A stretch of DNA of 64,000 nt from the NCBI GenBank assembly GCA_001915925.1, contig MNRL01000019.1, forward strand, positions 12,448 to 76,447. Reading direction: 5' to 3'. Below, piece by piece: positions 31,565 to 42,470 of this stretch. A program made the translations under genes and the position numbers. The notes beneath the pieces are model-generated. The model was not told where the DNA came from. It did no database searches and was given only the letters and a program-made list of their open reading frames with translations. Every line of letters begins with the position of its first letter. Position 1 is the first letter of the stretch. The stretch is from Clostridium sp. CAG:354_28_25. Lineage in GTDB: Bacteria > Bacillota > Clostridia > TANB77 > CAG-508.

Positions 31565-32848
31565 ATGCTAAACGAAGTATTAGAAAATTCAAAGAATGAA
31601 TTAATGCAAATAATTCAAAAAAGCGAAGCCTTGCAAAAAAGAAAAGCAGAGTTAGAAGAGGAAATGCAACAAACTAAGGCAGATATCATAAGTTTAAATC
31701 AAGAAAATCGAAGTCTTTCTGTCTATAGAAAAAGAAATCCAATAATTGAATTTTTTATGAAAACTTTTTCTAAAAAATATAAGCAAGAACTAAAGGCTTC
31801 AGCTAGTAATAGTAAAGAATTAACAAAATTAAATGAAAAAATGACAAACCTTAGGTCAGAAAAGAGAAAATTAGATTTAGATGAGCAAACATTAAATCCA
31901 GAAAGAGCAAAGGGTCAACTTGAGAAAATGGAAAATACAGATTTAGCAATACATATGTTAGTTAATGCAAAACCAGAACTAACTAAAAATCCAGAATTTA
32001 TGAAGGATTTGATTAATAGAAATATGCAATATATAGAGTATGATAATTCTAATGAACCAGAATTATATATGCAATATATAGAAAAAATGATTCAAAAATT
32101 AGAAGAAGCCAAAGAAAGAAATAATGCAAACGAATTTACAATAAATATAACTATTAATACTGCAAAAAAGATATTAGAAGAATTAAATTCACCCAAAGAA
32201 GTAGAAGAAGGAAAATATAAAATACCTAGAAGATTTTTGTTCGAAGGTTTAAGAAAATCTGGTAAAAAGGATTTAGAATTATTAGAAAAAGGCGAAATGA
32301 TAGATATATTATCAGTAGGAAGAGATTATTTACGCGAAGATGGATGCTACAAACAAGAATATGGTAAAAAGCTAGAAGAATTATATGAAGATAAAGATAG
32401 ATTTTTAGTTATACACTATATAAATGCGTCATATCACTTTAGAGCAAAAGATGAGACTATGGCAATTAGAGATAATATTTATAAAGAGGGATTACATTCT
32501 TCAATCCAAGGAATGGATTGTATTAATACTTTAGATAGAACAGCGCATGGTACTTTTGAAGAAGATAAATCTTTTATGGAGCTTATGTCACCAGACCATA
32601 AAATGATAATAATGCTACCTAAAAAAGCATTAAATAAAAATTCAGAAGAACCAATATGGGGTTCAGACTTCCCAGAGGCAGATATACAACATCCAGGATA
32701 TATTTTCCCAGAGTATATATATGGCTATATTAATCCAGATACAGAGGAAATAGAAGAGAATCCAATTCCAGTAGAAAACAGAAAAAAATATAAGTATCAA
32801 TTCTTAAATGGACAAACTAGTTGTGTAGATGATAGAGTTAAATATTAA
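31565..32848 (+). CDS. Hypothetical protein, N-terminal coiled coil plus uncharacterised C-terminal domain
   Basis: 427-aa ORF, RBS AAGGAGAA; family not recognised. Confidence 0.5.
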   Translation: MLNEVLENSKNELMQIIQKSEALQKRKAELEEEMQQTKADIISLNQENRSLSVYRKRNPIIEFFMKTFSKKYKQELKASASNSKELTKLNEKMTNLRSEKRKLDLDEQTLNPERAKGQLEKMENTDLAIHMLVNAKPELTKNPEFMKDLINRNMQYIEYDNSNEPELYMQYIEKMIQKLEEAKERNNANEFTINITINTAKKILEELNSPKEVEEGKYKIPRRFLFEGLRKSGKKDLELLEKGEMIDILSVGRDYLREDGCYKQEYGKKLEELYEDKDRFLVIHYINASYHFRAKDETMAIRDNIYKEGLHSSIQGMDCINTLDRTAHGTFEEDKSFMELMSPDHKMIIMLPKKALNKNSEEPIWGSDFPEADIQHPGYIFPEYIYGYINPDTEEIEENPIPVENRKKYKYQFLNGQTSCVDDRVKY

Positions 32849-32874
32849 AAAAAGGACTATGTTAGTCCTTTTTT
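32844..32874. terminator. Bidirectional terminator A-run/GGACTA-TGT-TAGTCC/T-run between convergent genes
   Basis: Direct reading. Confidence 0.7.
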
Positions 32875-33566
32875 AGTTTGGCTTCTAATTTTTTTATAGC
32901 TTTAGTTTCTATTCTTGAAACATATGACCTAGAAATGCCTAAATCTTTTGCGATTTCATTTTGAGTTTCTGGTTTATGACCATTAAGTCCGAATCTTCTT
33001 ATAAGTATTTCTTTTTCTCTATCTTTTAATATTTTATCTATATTTGTATAAAGTTTTTCTTTTTTTAAACCTAAATCTACTTCATCTTCTATGCTCTTAA
33101 TATCAGCCTCTAAGACTTCTTGCAATGTTACAACATTATCATCTTTATCTTTACCAATTGGATCACTTAGTTTTACTTCTGCTTGAAGTTTTTTAGAAGA
33201 ACGTAAGAACATTAATATTTCGTTATCTATGCATTTGGCAATGTATGTAGAAAGTTTTACACCTTTATCGTGTTTAAAACTATTTATCCCTTTTATAAGA
33301 CCAATAGTGCCTATAGAAATTAAATCATCTTGCTCTATGTTAGAGGTAGAATATTTTTTTGCTACATGAGCTACTAAACGCAGGTTTTTTTCTATTAAAA
33401 TATTTCTGGCTTCAGTATCACCAGCTTTAAATTTATCTAAATAATATATTTCTTCTGATGGTGAAAGAGGTTCTGGAAACAAACTAGAACTTTGAATATA
33501 TCCAACAACAAAAACGGCAGAACTTAAAAAAGAAATAAATCCAGCCAACGAAATAGTAGAGAACAT
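32862..33566 (-). CDS. sigK: Pro-sigma-K (sporulation sigma factor SigK), uninterrupted
   Basis: NLRLVAHV..SIGTIGLIKGI..DPIGKDKD..GISRSYVSRIE closely match SigK; start set at Met preceded by GGAGG (the ORF-track 5' extension lacks an RBS); short ~20-aa pro-sequence. Confidence 0.85.
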   Translation of the reverse strand: MFSTISLAGFISFLSSAVFVVGYIQSSSLFPEPLSPSEEIYYLDKFKAGDTEARNILIEKNLRLVAHVAKKYSTSNIEQDDLISIGTIGLIKGINSFKHDKGVKLSTYIAKCIDNEILMFLRSSKKLQAEVKLSDPIGKDKDDNVVTLQEVLEADIKSIEDEVDLGLKKEKLYTNIDKILKDREKEILIRRFGLNGHKPETQNEIAKDLGISRSYVSRIETKAIKKLEAKLKKD

Positions 33567-33849
33567 ACATATACCTCCATAAAAATCACTATATGAAAAG
33601 TATATGTTTAAAAACGATTTTTGTGCCTGGACCATTGAAATTTAAATATATACACATAATTACAATAATTTTATCATAAAATTTAAAAAAGTACAAATAC
33701 TAGAATTATATAAACAAATTAAAATTAATAACTTTAACAAAGCATTCATAAGATAAAACAGAAAAAACACAAAAATTGCACAAAAAAGATATTGAAAACA
33801 AATTAAGAATGTGTTAAGATACTATTAAATTAAATAAACGACAAACAAA

Positions 33850-34050
33850 AACTTCCCTGCATAGTGCGTGTAGACTGGAATTTTAGAACCAACAAATTTT
33901 ATAAGGGAGTCCGCCTTTAAATGTGGCGTGCAAGCTTACACTTCTATTTAGTAGTAAGAAGCCCACAAGCATTTAACAAGACACCCACCTACGCGAGTAG
34001 GCTCTTAAAATTTCTAAACTTCTTACGGCTAAGGCGGGGTAAGTTTTTTT
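33850..34050 (+). ncRNA. Candidate structured non-coding RNA or leader (GC-rich, ends in intrinsic terminator CTTAC-GGCTAAGGCGGGG-GTAAG + T7); second hairpin GTGGC-AAA-GCCAC at 34096-34120
   Basis: About 45-50% GC island without an ORF in a 27% GC genome; alternative pairing CCGCCTT(33911-17)/AAGGCGG(34031-37) competes with the terminator stem. Confidence 0.3.
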
Positions 34051-34147
34051 ATGTATATAACAACTATGGTAGTGCAAAGCGCGAAGAAATTGTGTAGATG
34101 TGGCAAAGCCACTTTTCTTATGTATATAAAAAATGGAAGGATTATTT

Positions 34148-34984
34148 ATGACGATAAACGAAATAGTAAAAAAAGGAATAATTAATTTAAAAGAAAAAAA
34201 TATAGAAGAACCGCTATTAAAAATGAGGATTTTGGTAGCCTCAGTTTTAAATAAACCGAAAGAATATGTTATGGCTCATTGTGAAGATGAATTAGACGAA
34301 ATTCATAAAAAAAAGATATTAGATGGAATTGAACAGTTGAGAAATTATATTCCAATACAATATATAACCAATAATCAAGAATTTATGAAATTAAACTTTT
34401 TTGTTAATCAAAATGTACTAATTCCAAGAAGCGATACAGAAATTTTAGTAGAAGAAGTTATAAATACATATAAAAATGAACATGTAAAAATATTAGATAT
34501 GTGTACAGGAAGTGGCTGTATTGCAATTTCTTTAAAAAAATATATGCAAAATTCAGAAGTTTATGGTATAGATATAAGTAAGGAAGCATTAAAAGTTGCA
34601 CAAATAAATGCACAGAGTAATAATGTTGATGTGAAATTTAAATGTTCAGATATGTTTGCAGATATACAAGATAAAGATTTTGATGTAATTGTATCAAATC
34701 CACCATACATAAAAACACAAGTTATTAACACACTAGATAAAGAGGTAAAAAATGAACCAATTATAGCGTTAGACGGTGGAGAAGATGGCTTATATTTTTA
34801 TAAAAAAATTATCAATGAAGCATTTAATTTTTTAGCTGATAATGGTATGATTTTTTTAGAGATTGGATATGACCAAAAAGAAGAGCTTACTAAATTAATA
34901 AAAGCAGATAAAAGATATGAACTTGTAAAAACTAAAAAAGATTTAGGAGATAATGATAGAATAGTAGTTGTAAAGAAGGTGTAA
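34148..34984 (+). CDS. prmC: Release factor glutamine methyltransferase PrmC (HemK)
   Basis: NPPY motif (VSNPPYI), SAM-binding DMCTGSGCIA; start at the Met after GGAAGG RBS. Confidence 0.85.
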   Translation: MTINEIVKKGIINLKEKNIEEPLLKMRILVASVLNKPKEYVMAHCEDELDEIHKKKILDGIEQLRNYIPIQYITNNQEFMKLNFFVNQNVLIPRSDTEILVEEVINTYKNEHVKILDMCTGSGCIAISLKKYMQNSEVYGIDISKEALKVAQINAQSNNVDVKFKCSDMFADIQDKDFDVIVSNPPYIKTQVINTLDKEVKNEPIIALDGGEDGLYFYKKIINEAFNFLADNGMIFLEIGYDQKEELTKLIKADKRYELVKTKKDLGDNDRIVVVKKV

Positions 34985-34986
34985 AA

Positions 34987-35856
34987 ATGTCTTTCTCATC
35001 TGAAATAAAAGAAGAATTGAGTAAACTGAATAATTTAAAGGATAAGCAAGCTGTTTATTATGAATTAGTTGGTTATTTAATAACTAAAAATACAAAAGTA
35101 GAAAAAAAGGTAAAGTTTTCTACAGAAAACGAATTTAATATTAATAGATTTAATAAACTCCTAAATAATATGGGGATAAAATATAAAATAGAAATGCAAG
35201 GAAATTTCTATGTAATTACATTTAGTAAACCAGAAAATTTAATTAATTGTTCTTTTAAGTCAAATTATGTAGCTTTTAATAAAACAGATGAAATGGAAGA
35301 CAAAGATATAAGAGCTTTACTTAGGGGAGCCTTTATGGGTTCTGGTTTGGTAAGTGAGCCAAGTAGTACATATCATTTAGAAATTAATTTTAGTAATTTA
35401 GAGAATCTTTTAATTATAAGAGATTTTATGAAGAAATATAATATAACAGCAAAAACACTTAATAGAAATGGGAGTATTGCACTGTATATAAAAGAGGGGG
35501 AAGATATATCCAATTTTTTAGCTTGTATTGGTGCAAGTGGTGCAATGCTTAAATTTGAAGAGATAAGAGTAATAAAAGAAGCTAGAAATAATGTAAACAG
35601 AATGGTAAATTGTGAAGTGGCTAATTTAAATAAGACAGTTAATGCGGCTACTAAACAGATAGAAGCAATCAAGAAATTAAAAGCTAGTAAAAAATTTACA
35701 AATTTATCTGATGAATTAAAGGAGATTGCAGAACTCAGGTTAAAAAATCCAGATGCTAGCTTAATAGAATTAGGGAATATGCTAAAAATGCCAGTAGGAA
35801 AATCTGGAGTAAATTATAGATTGAACAAATTAATAAAAATAGCAAAGGAAATATAA
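34987..35856 (+). CDS. whiA: Sporulation/cell-division regulator WhiA
   Basis: LAGLIDADG-like N-domain plus C-terminal HTH; 289 aa. Confidence 0.8.
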   Translation: MSFSSEIKEELSKLNNLKDKQAVYYELVGYLITKNTKVEKKVKFSTENEFNINRFNKLLNNMGIKYKIEMQGNFYVITFSKPENLINCSFKSNYVAFNKTDEMEDKDIRALLRGAFMGSGLVSEPSSTYHLEINFSNLENLLIIRDFMKKYNITAKTLNRNGSIALYIKEGEDISNFLACIGASGAMLKFEEIRVIKEARNNVNRMVNCEVANLNKTVNAATKQIEAIKKLKASKKFTNLSDELKEIAELRLKNPDASLIELGNMLKMPVGKSGVNYRLNKLIKIAKEI

Positions 35857-35857
35857 G

Positions 35858-36976
35858 ATGGAAAATATAGGTATATATGTACATATACCTTTTTGTATGC
35901 GCAAATGTTATTATTGTGATTTTTGCTCATATCCAGGGAAATTGGAAAAACAAGAAGATTATGTACAAGCACTAAAAGAAGAAATAAAAGAAAGAAGCAA
36001 AAGAGTAAAAAATTATGTAGATACAATATATATCGGTGGTGGAACACCATCAATTATAGATGCGTCATATATAGCAGAAATTTTAAATTGTATAAGGGAT
36101 AATTATAAGGTAAAAAAGAATGCAGAAATAACAATCGAGGTAAACCCAGGTACTGTAACAGAAAACAAGTTACTATTATATAGGGAAGCAGGAATAAATA
36201 GATTAAGTATAGGATTACAATCTACTAAAGATAAGTTATTAGAAGAAATAGGAAGAATACATAAATATGAAGATTTTTTAAATACATATAAACTAGCCAA
36301 AGAAATCGGATTTAAAAATATTAATGTGGATTTAATGATTGGACTTCCTGAGCAAACTTTGCAAGATGTTGAAGATAGCCTTATAGACATTATTACTTTA
36401 AATCCAAAACATATTTCTGTATATTCATTAATTTTAGAAGAAAATACGAAATTAGAGGTTTTAGTTAATTTGGGAAAAATTGATTTACCAACTGATGAAG
36501 TAGAAAGAGAAATGTATTGGAAAGTTAAAGATGTTTTGGAAGCTAATGGTTATGAACATTATGAAATCTCTAATTTTGCCAAAAAAGGATATAAATCTAA
36601 ACATAATTATAATTGCTGGAAACAACATAATTACCTTGGTTTCGGTGTAGCAGCACATTCTTATTATAATAATATAAGATATTCTAATACAAATAGTTTA
36701 GAAGAATATTTGCAAAATCCAGAGAACAAAAAGATAGAAGAAACACAAGAAATAGAAGATGCTAAAAAAGAATATATGATGTTAGGCTTAAGAACTATAG
36801 AAGGTGTGAGTATATCAGAATTTAAACAAAAATATGTAGACAACCCATTGTATCTATTTAAAAATGAGCTTAATAAACTTACAGAAGAAGGCTTAGTAGA
36901 GATTGATTTAGATAATATAAAACTTACAAATAAAGGATTAGACTTAGCAAATTTAGTTTGGGAAGAATTCGTATAA
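35858..36976 (+). CDS. hemW: Radical SAM heme chaperone HemW (HemN-like)
   Basis: HIPFCMRKCYYCDF radical-SAM motif at N-terminus. Confidence 0.85.
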   Translation: MENIGIYVHIPFCMRKCYYCDFCSYPGKLEKQEDYVQALKEEIKERSKRVKNYVDTIYIGGGTPSIIDASYIAEILNCIRDNYKVKKNAEITIEVNPGTVTENKLLLYREAGINRLSIGLQSTKDKLLEEIGRIHKYEDFLNTYKLAKEIGFKNINVDLMIGLPEQTLQDVEDSLIDIITLNPKHISVYSLILEENTKLEVLVNLGKIDLPTDEVEREMYWKVKDVLEANGYEHYEISNFAKKGYKSKHNYNCWKQHNYLGFGVAAHSYYNNIRYSNTNSLEEYLQNPENKKIEETQEIEDAKKEYMMLGLRTIEGVSISEFKQKYVDNPLYLFKNELNKLTEEGLVEIDLDNIKLTNKGLDLANLVWEEFV

Positions 36977-37114
36977 TTGGTATAAATGTAGCTTTACATA
37001 ATTGAAAAAAGACAGAAAAAATGATAAAATAAACTAAATTAGTTTGTTTAGCTAGAACAATTAATCTGGCAGATAAATTAATTAGTCAAATGGTTATATA
37101 GGAGGAAAACATCA

Positions 37115-38047
37115 ATGAAGAGGTATGAATTTTACTACCAATCAGCAGACAAAAAAACAAATATCCATGCTGTAAGGTGGATGCCTGAGGGGAAGCCTGT
37201 GGGAATTATACAAATTGCCCATGGTGTTACAGAGTACATCTTGCGATATGAAGATTTTGCAAGATATTTAACAGACAAAGGATTCATTGTAACAGGTAAT
37301 GACCATTTAGGTCATGGAAAGTCCATTGCTGATGGGGCTAAACCGATGTATTTTGGACCAAAAGGATCATGGAAGTGGGTCGTTGAGGATATCAAGATGC
37401 TTAAAAACATTACTGTGGAAAGGTATCCGGACTTACCATATGTTATGCTAGGTTTCTCATTGGGTTCATTTGTAGTAAGAACCTATCTGATTAATCATCC
37501 AGGAGATTTGGATGTTGCTATACTAATGGGAACAGGTCAGATGCCTCCAGTGGCAATCAAGATTGCAAAACTTGTAGCAAATATGGAGGCAAAAAAGGCT
37601 GGAGAAGATAACTCAACTCCGACCATCCATAATTTGACCTTTGGAACATACAACAAAATCTTTGCTCCGAACAGAACGGAGTATGATTGGTTGTGTAGCA
37701 ATGAAGAAGCCTTGGATGAGTACATAGCAGATCCTCAAAGAGGAGGAGATTTCTCTGCAGGCCTTTTTAGAGAATTACTTGACGGTATGCTTTATTCCTC
37801 ACATGAGAAAAATGTGTGGAATATGGATAAAAGTTTGCCTATATTACTTATTTCCGGTGAAATGGACCCTGTAGGGGACTGCGGAAAAGGTGTACAGGCG
37901 ACAGAAAAGGTGATGCGCAAAGCCGGAGTCAAGGATATTGAAGTGAAGATGTATCCTGGATTAAGACACGACATTTTGCATGAGGCGATAAAAGAGCAGG
38001 TGTATGCCGATGTGTACAACTGGGTAACCAAGAAACTGAACAAATAA
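37115..38047 (+). CDS. Alpha/beta hydrolase (lysophospholipase/monoacylglycerol lipase-like), higher-GC islet
   Basis: GFSLGS nucleophile elbow, HG oxyanion motif; GC-rich codons; own GC-rich terminator. Confidence 0.7.
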   Translation: MKRYEFYYQSADKKTNIHAVRWMPEGKPVGIIQIAHGVTEYILRYEDFARYLTDKGFIVTGNDHLGHGKSIADGAKPMYFGPKGSWKWVVEDIKMLKNITVERYPDLPYVMLGFSLGSFVVRTYLINHPGDLDVAILMGTGQMPPVAIKIAKLVANMEAKKAGEDNSTPTIHNLTFGTYNKIFAPNRTEYDWLCSNEEALDEYIADPQRGGDFSAGLFRELLDGMLYSSHEKNVWNMDKSLPILLISGEMDPVGDCGKGVQATEKVMRKAGVKDIEVKMYPGLRHDILHEAIKEQVYADVYNWVTKKLNK

Positions 38048-38063
38048 AACCATTTGACAGTGT

Positions 38064-38090
38064 AAGGGGGCAATGCCCCCGTTTTTTTGT
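38064..38090 (+). terminator. GC-rich intrinsic terminator GGGGGC-AAT-GCCCCC + T7
   Basis: Direct reading. Confidence 0.85.
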
Positions 38091-38116
38091 TTTCACAAAA
38101 AATTCACAAAGAAATT

Positions 38117-38143
38117 TTAGCAAAAGGTATTGACATTTGCTAA
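38117..38143. promoter_or_regulatory. CIRCE-like inverted repeat TTAGCAAAA-N9-ATTTGCTAA overlapping the -35 TTGACA (38130-38135)
   Basis: Shares TTAGCA/TGCTAA ends and 9-bp spacer with CIRCE. Confidence 0.4.
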
Positions 38144-38169
38144 AATTGAATATAATATATTTAAAGAAT

Positions 38170-38196
38170 TTAGCAATCAGACACAAAGAGTGCTAA
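38170..38196. promoter_or_regulatory. CIRCE operator TTAGCAATC-N9-GAGTGCTAA (HrcA binding site)
   Basis: 17/18 match to TTAGCACTC-N9-GAGTGCTAA, immediately upstream of hrcA. Confidence 0.85.
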
Positions 38197-38200
38197 AGAG

Positions 38201-39250
38201 GTGAAAATATTGAGAAAGAAAGATTTAGACGAAAGAAAAAAGAAAGTATTACAAGCAATAGTAGAAGAATATATTAATACAGCAGAACCTGTAAGCTCTG
38301 GAAGTATAACAAAAGGCCATGGACTAGATTATAGTAGTGCAACAATAAGAAATGATATGGCACAATTAGAAAGTATAGGTTTTTTAGATAAACCACATAC
38401 TTCAGCAGGAAGAGTGCCATCTGCAGAGGGTTATAGGTATTACGTTAATGAACTATTAAAAGAAGATAATTTAACGTTGGAAGAAATTAAATATATTCAG
38501 AATAAATTAAAAATTAAAGTTAATGAAATAGAAGACCTAACTAAAGTTGCAACAACTACTTTATCAGAGATAACACATTATACAACAGTTGCAGTTGGTC
38601 CAAAAGCAGACAAACAAATTATAGAAGAAATTAAATTTGTTTCTTTAGGACAAAGAATGTTGATGGTTGTAATTGTAACAGATACTGGATTGGTAAAAGA
38701 AACTATTATCAAATTTGACGAAGATATAACAGAAAGCCAAGTAGATACTTTAAATAATTTATTTAATACAAGATTAAGAGGAAAACCTTTATCTAAAATA
38801 GACAAGCCAATGGCAGAATATATTTTCTCAGAAGTTCATTATAGTATAGGAATTATGAAGGCTATTATAGAGCAAATAAATAGGATAGTAGAAGAAGAAA
38901 ATAACAATATATTTTTGGAAGGTGCGAAAAAATCTTTTGACTTACCAGAATTTAAAAGTATGAAGGTAGCAAAGAATTTTGTCAATTTACTAGATGCTAA
39001 AGATGAAATGGTAGAAATATTTAATTCTGGAGATGCAGAAGATATTAATGTATTTATTGGTGATGACGATGAAAATAGTAATCTAAAAGATTTTAGTATT
39101 ATAACTTTTAAACATACTATTGGAGATAAAGACCTAGGAACAATAGGAATAATAGGACCAAAAAGAATGGATTATGCAAAGGTTATATCTGTAATGAAAT
39201 ATATAAGTAAAAAATTAAATGAAGATAATAATAAGAAAGAAGGTATGTAA
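38201..39250 (+). CDS. hrcA: Heat-inducible transcription repressor HrcA
   Basis: LDERK..VLQAIVEEYI..AEPVSSGSI N-terminus; may start at TTG 38210. Confidence 0.9.
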   Translation: MKILRKKDLDERKKKVLQAIVEEYINTAEPVSSGSITKGHGLDYSSATIRNDMAQLESIGFLDKPHTSAGRVPSAEGYRYYVNELLKEDNLTLEEIKYIQNKLKIKVNEIEDLTKVATTTLSEITHYTTVAVGPKADKQIIEEIKFVSLGQRMLMVVIVTDTGLVKETIIKFDEDITESQVDTLNNLFNTRLRGKPLSKIDKPMAEYIFSEVHYSIGIMKAIIEQINRIVEEENNNIFLEGAKKSFDLPEFKSMKVAKNFVNLLDAKDEMVEIFNSGDAEDINVFIGDDDENSNLKDFSIITFKHTIGDKDLGTIGIIGPKRMDYAKVISVMKYISKKLNEDNNKKEGM

Positions 39251-39251
39251 A

Positions 39252-39755
39252 TTGGCAGAAAAAAAAGAAAATAAAAAGGAACCAGAAGTAATAAAAGCAG
39301 ATGAAATGGTAAAAAAAGAAGAGCTAGTAAAAAAAGAGCAAGAATATGATGAATTAATGGACAGATATAAAAGGGTACTAGCAGAATTTGAAAATTATAA
39401 AAAAAGAAGTGCAAAAGAAAGAGACCAATTATATAACTCTATTATGGGAGATATAATGACTGGAATTTTACCAGTATTAGATAATTTAGAAAAAGCAGTA
39501 CAAGTAGAAACAAAAGATACTGGATATAAGCAAGGTGTTGAACTTGTATATAAACAATTACAAGATTTGCTAAAAGCAAACGGAGTAGAAGAAATAGAAG
39601 CAGTAGGAAAAACTTTTGATCCAGAATTACACGAAGCAGTAAGTTCTGTAATTGACGAAAACTTAGGTGAAAAAGAAATAAAAGAAGATTACAGAAAAGG
39701 ATACAAAATCGGAGATAGAGTTATAAGACATTCTATGGTCGTAGTAGCAAACTAA
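39252..39755 (+). CDS. grpE: Nucleotide exchange factor GrpE
   Basis: Conserved C-terminal GrpE core; start placed at TTG after GAAGGT RBS rather than the ORF-track ATG inside hrcA. Confidence 0.75.
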   Translation: MAEKKENKKEPEVIKADEMVKKEELVKKEQEYDELMDRYKRVLAEFENYKKRSAKERDQLYNSIMGDIMTGILPVLDNLEKAVQVETKDTGYKQGVELVYKQLQDLLKANGVEEIEAVGKTFDPELHEAVSSVIDENLGEKEIKEDYRKGYKIGDRVIRHSMVVVAN

Positions 39756-39765
39756 GTTAGCTGTA

Positions 39766-39880
39766 TGAACAAAGTGAGTTACAGATAACTTATGCAATCG
39801 AACAAAAGTGAGATTGTAATCATTAGAAAAAAAGTGAAACATAGAAATTTTATTTAACCGAACGAAGCAAGTTTGTAAAC
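39766..39880. repeat. Array of 3-4 direct repeats of GAAC(A)AAAGTGAG(T/A)T-like units (39766-84, 39799-821, 39827-44, 39859-80)
   Basis: Direct reading of the grpE-CYTH intergenic region. Confidence 0.5.
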
Positions 39881-39900
39881 TAATAAAAAGGAAAATAAAT

Positions 39901-40494
39901 ATGAATAAAGAAATAGAAAGAAAATTTGCTGTAAAGTATTTACCAGAAAATTTAAATGTAGAAAGCATTGTGCATATAAAACAAGCTTTTATATATAGGG
40001 ATAAGTTAACACTTATAAGAATAAGAGACATAAAGGAAAGTTATCCAAAAGATAAGCAAATATATATTTATACACTAAAAACAAAAGGTGATATTGAATA
40101 TAATAATAATTATGATGTTGCTAAAAAATATGAAATAGAAAATGAAATTGATAAAGAATTATTTGATAAGTTAATCAAAAATAAAATTAGTAACATAATA
40201 GAAAAAACAAGAATTAAAATACCAATAGAAAACAACCTAAAAGTTGAAATAGATATATATTATGATTATTTAGAAGGATTACTTACAGCAGAAATAGAAT
40301 TTCCAAACGAAGAATTAGCCAATAAATTCCAAAAACCAGCTTGGCTAGGTAAGGAATTAGGATATAAAAAATTATCAAATAGAAAATTAGCAGAAATGAC
40401 AAAAGATGAATGGCAAAAAGAAGTTACAAAAGAAATGATAGAAAACAATAATATTATAATTAAACAATTAAAAGATAATTATAATATAAAGTAA
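39901..40494 (+). CDS. CYTH-domain protein (triphosphate tunnel metalloenzyme) inserted between grpE and dnaK
   Basis: EIERKF N-terminal signature of the CYTH family. Confidence 0.7.
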   Translation: MNKEIERKFAVKYLPENLNVESIVHIKQAFIYRDKLTLIRIRDIKESYPKDKQIYIYTLKTKGDIEYNNNYDVAKKYEIENEIDKELFDKLIKNKISNIIEKTRIKIPIENNLKVEIDIYYDYLEGLLTAEIEFPNEELANKFQKPAWLGKELGYKKLSNRKLAEMTKDEWQKEVTKEMIENNNIIIKQLKDNYNIK

Positions 40495-40527
40495 GTTATT
40501 AAGTTTTAAAATTTATATATTTTTTAG

Positions 40528-42408
<1,881 letters not shown>

Positions 42409-42415
42409 TGTTTAA

Positions 42416-42441
42416 TATTGGAGGTTTAAAAGCCTCCAATA
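42416..42441 (+). terminator. Stem-loop TATTGGAGG-TTTAAAAG-CCTCCAATA between dnaK and dnaJ (partial terminator/attenuator; includes the dnaJ RBS-like GGAGG)
   Basis: 9-bp perfect stem, no U-tract. Confidence 0.4.
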
Positions 42442-42470
42442 ATTAAGCTTGTTATAAATTGGAGGATATA

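Noticed and set aside
33567-33635. 23-aa N-terminal extension of the sigK ORF (MVQAQKSFLNIYFSYSDFYGGIC)
   Set aside because: It has no Shine-Dalgarno. The internal Met at 33566 is preceded by GGAGG at ideal spacing and gives a pro-sequence length typical of SigK.
33890-33920. T-box leader interpretation of TTATAAGGGAGTCCGCCTT
   Set aside because: It resembles but does not match the highly conserved T-box AGGGTGGNACCGCG. There is no specifier-loop context and no aminoacyl-tRNA synthetase gene downstream.
39219-39251. ORF-track ATG start of grpE overlapping hrcA by 32 nt
   Set aside because: A TTG at 39252 with a GAAGGT RBS gives a GrpE N-terminus (MAEKKENKK...) without overlap. The longer version lacks an RBS.
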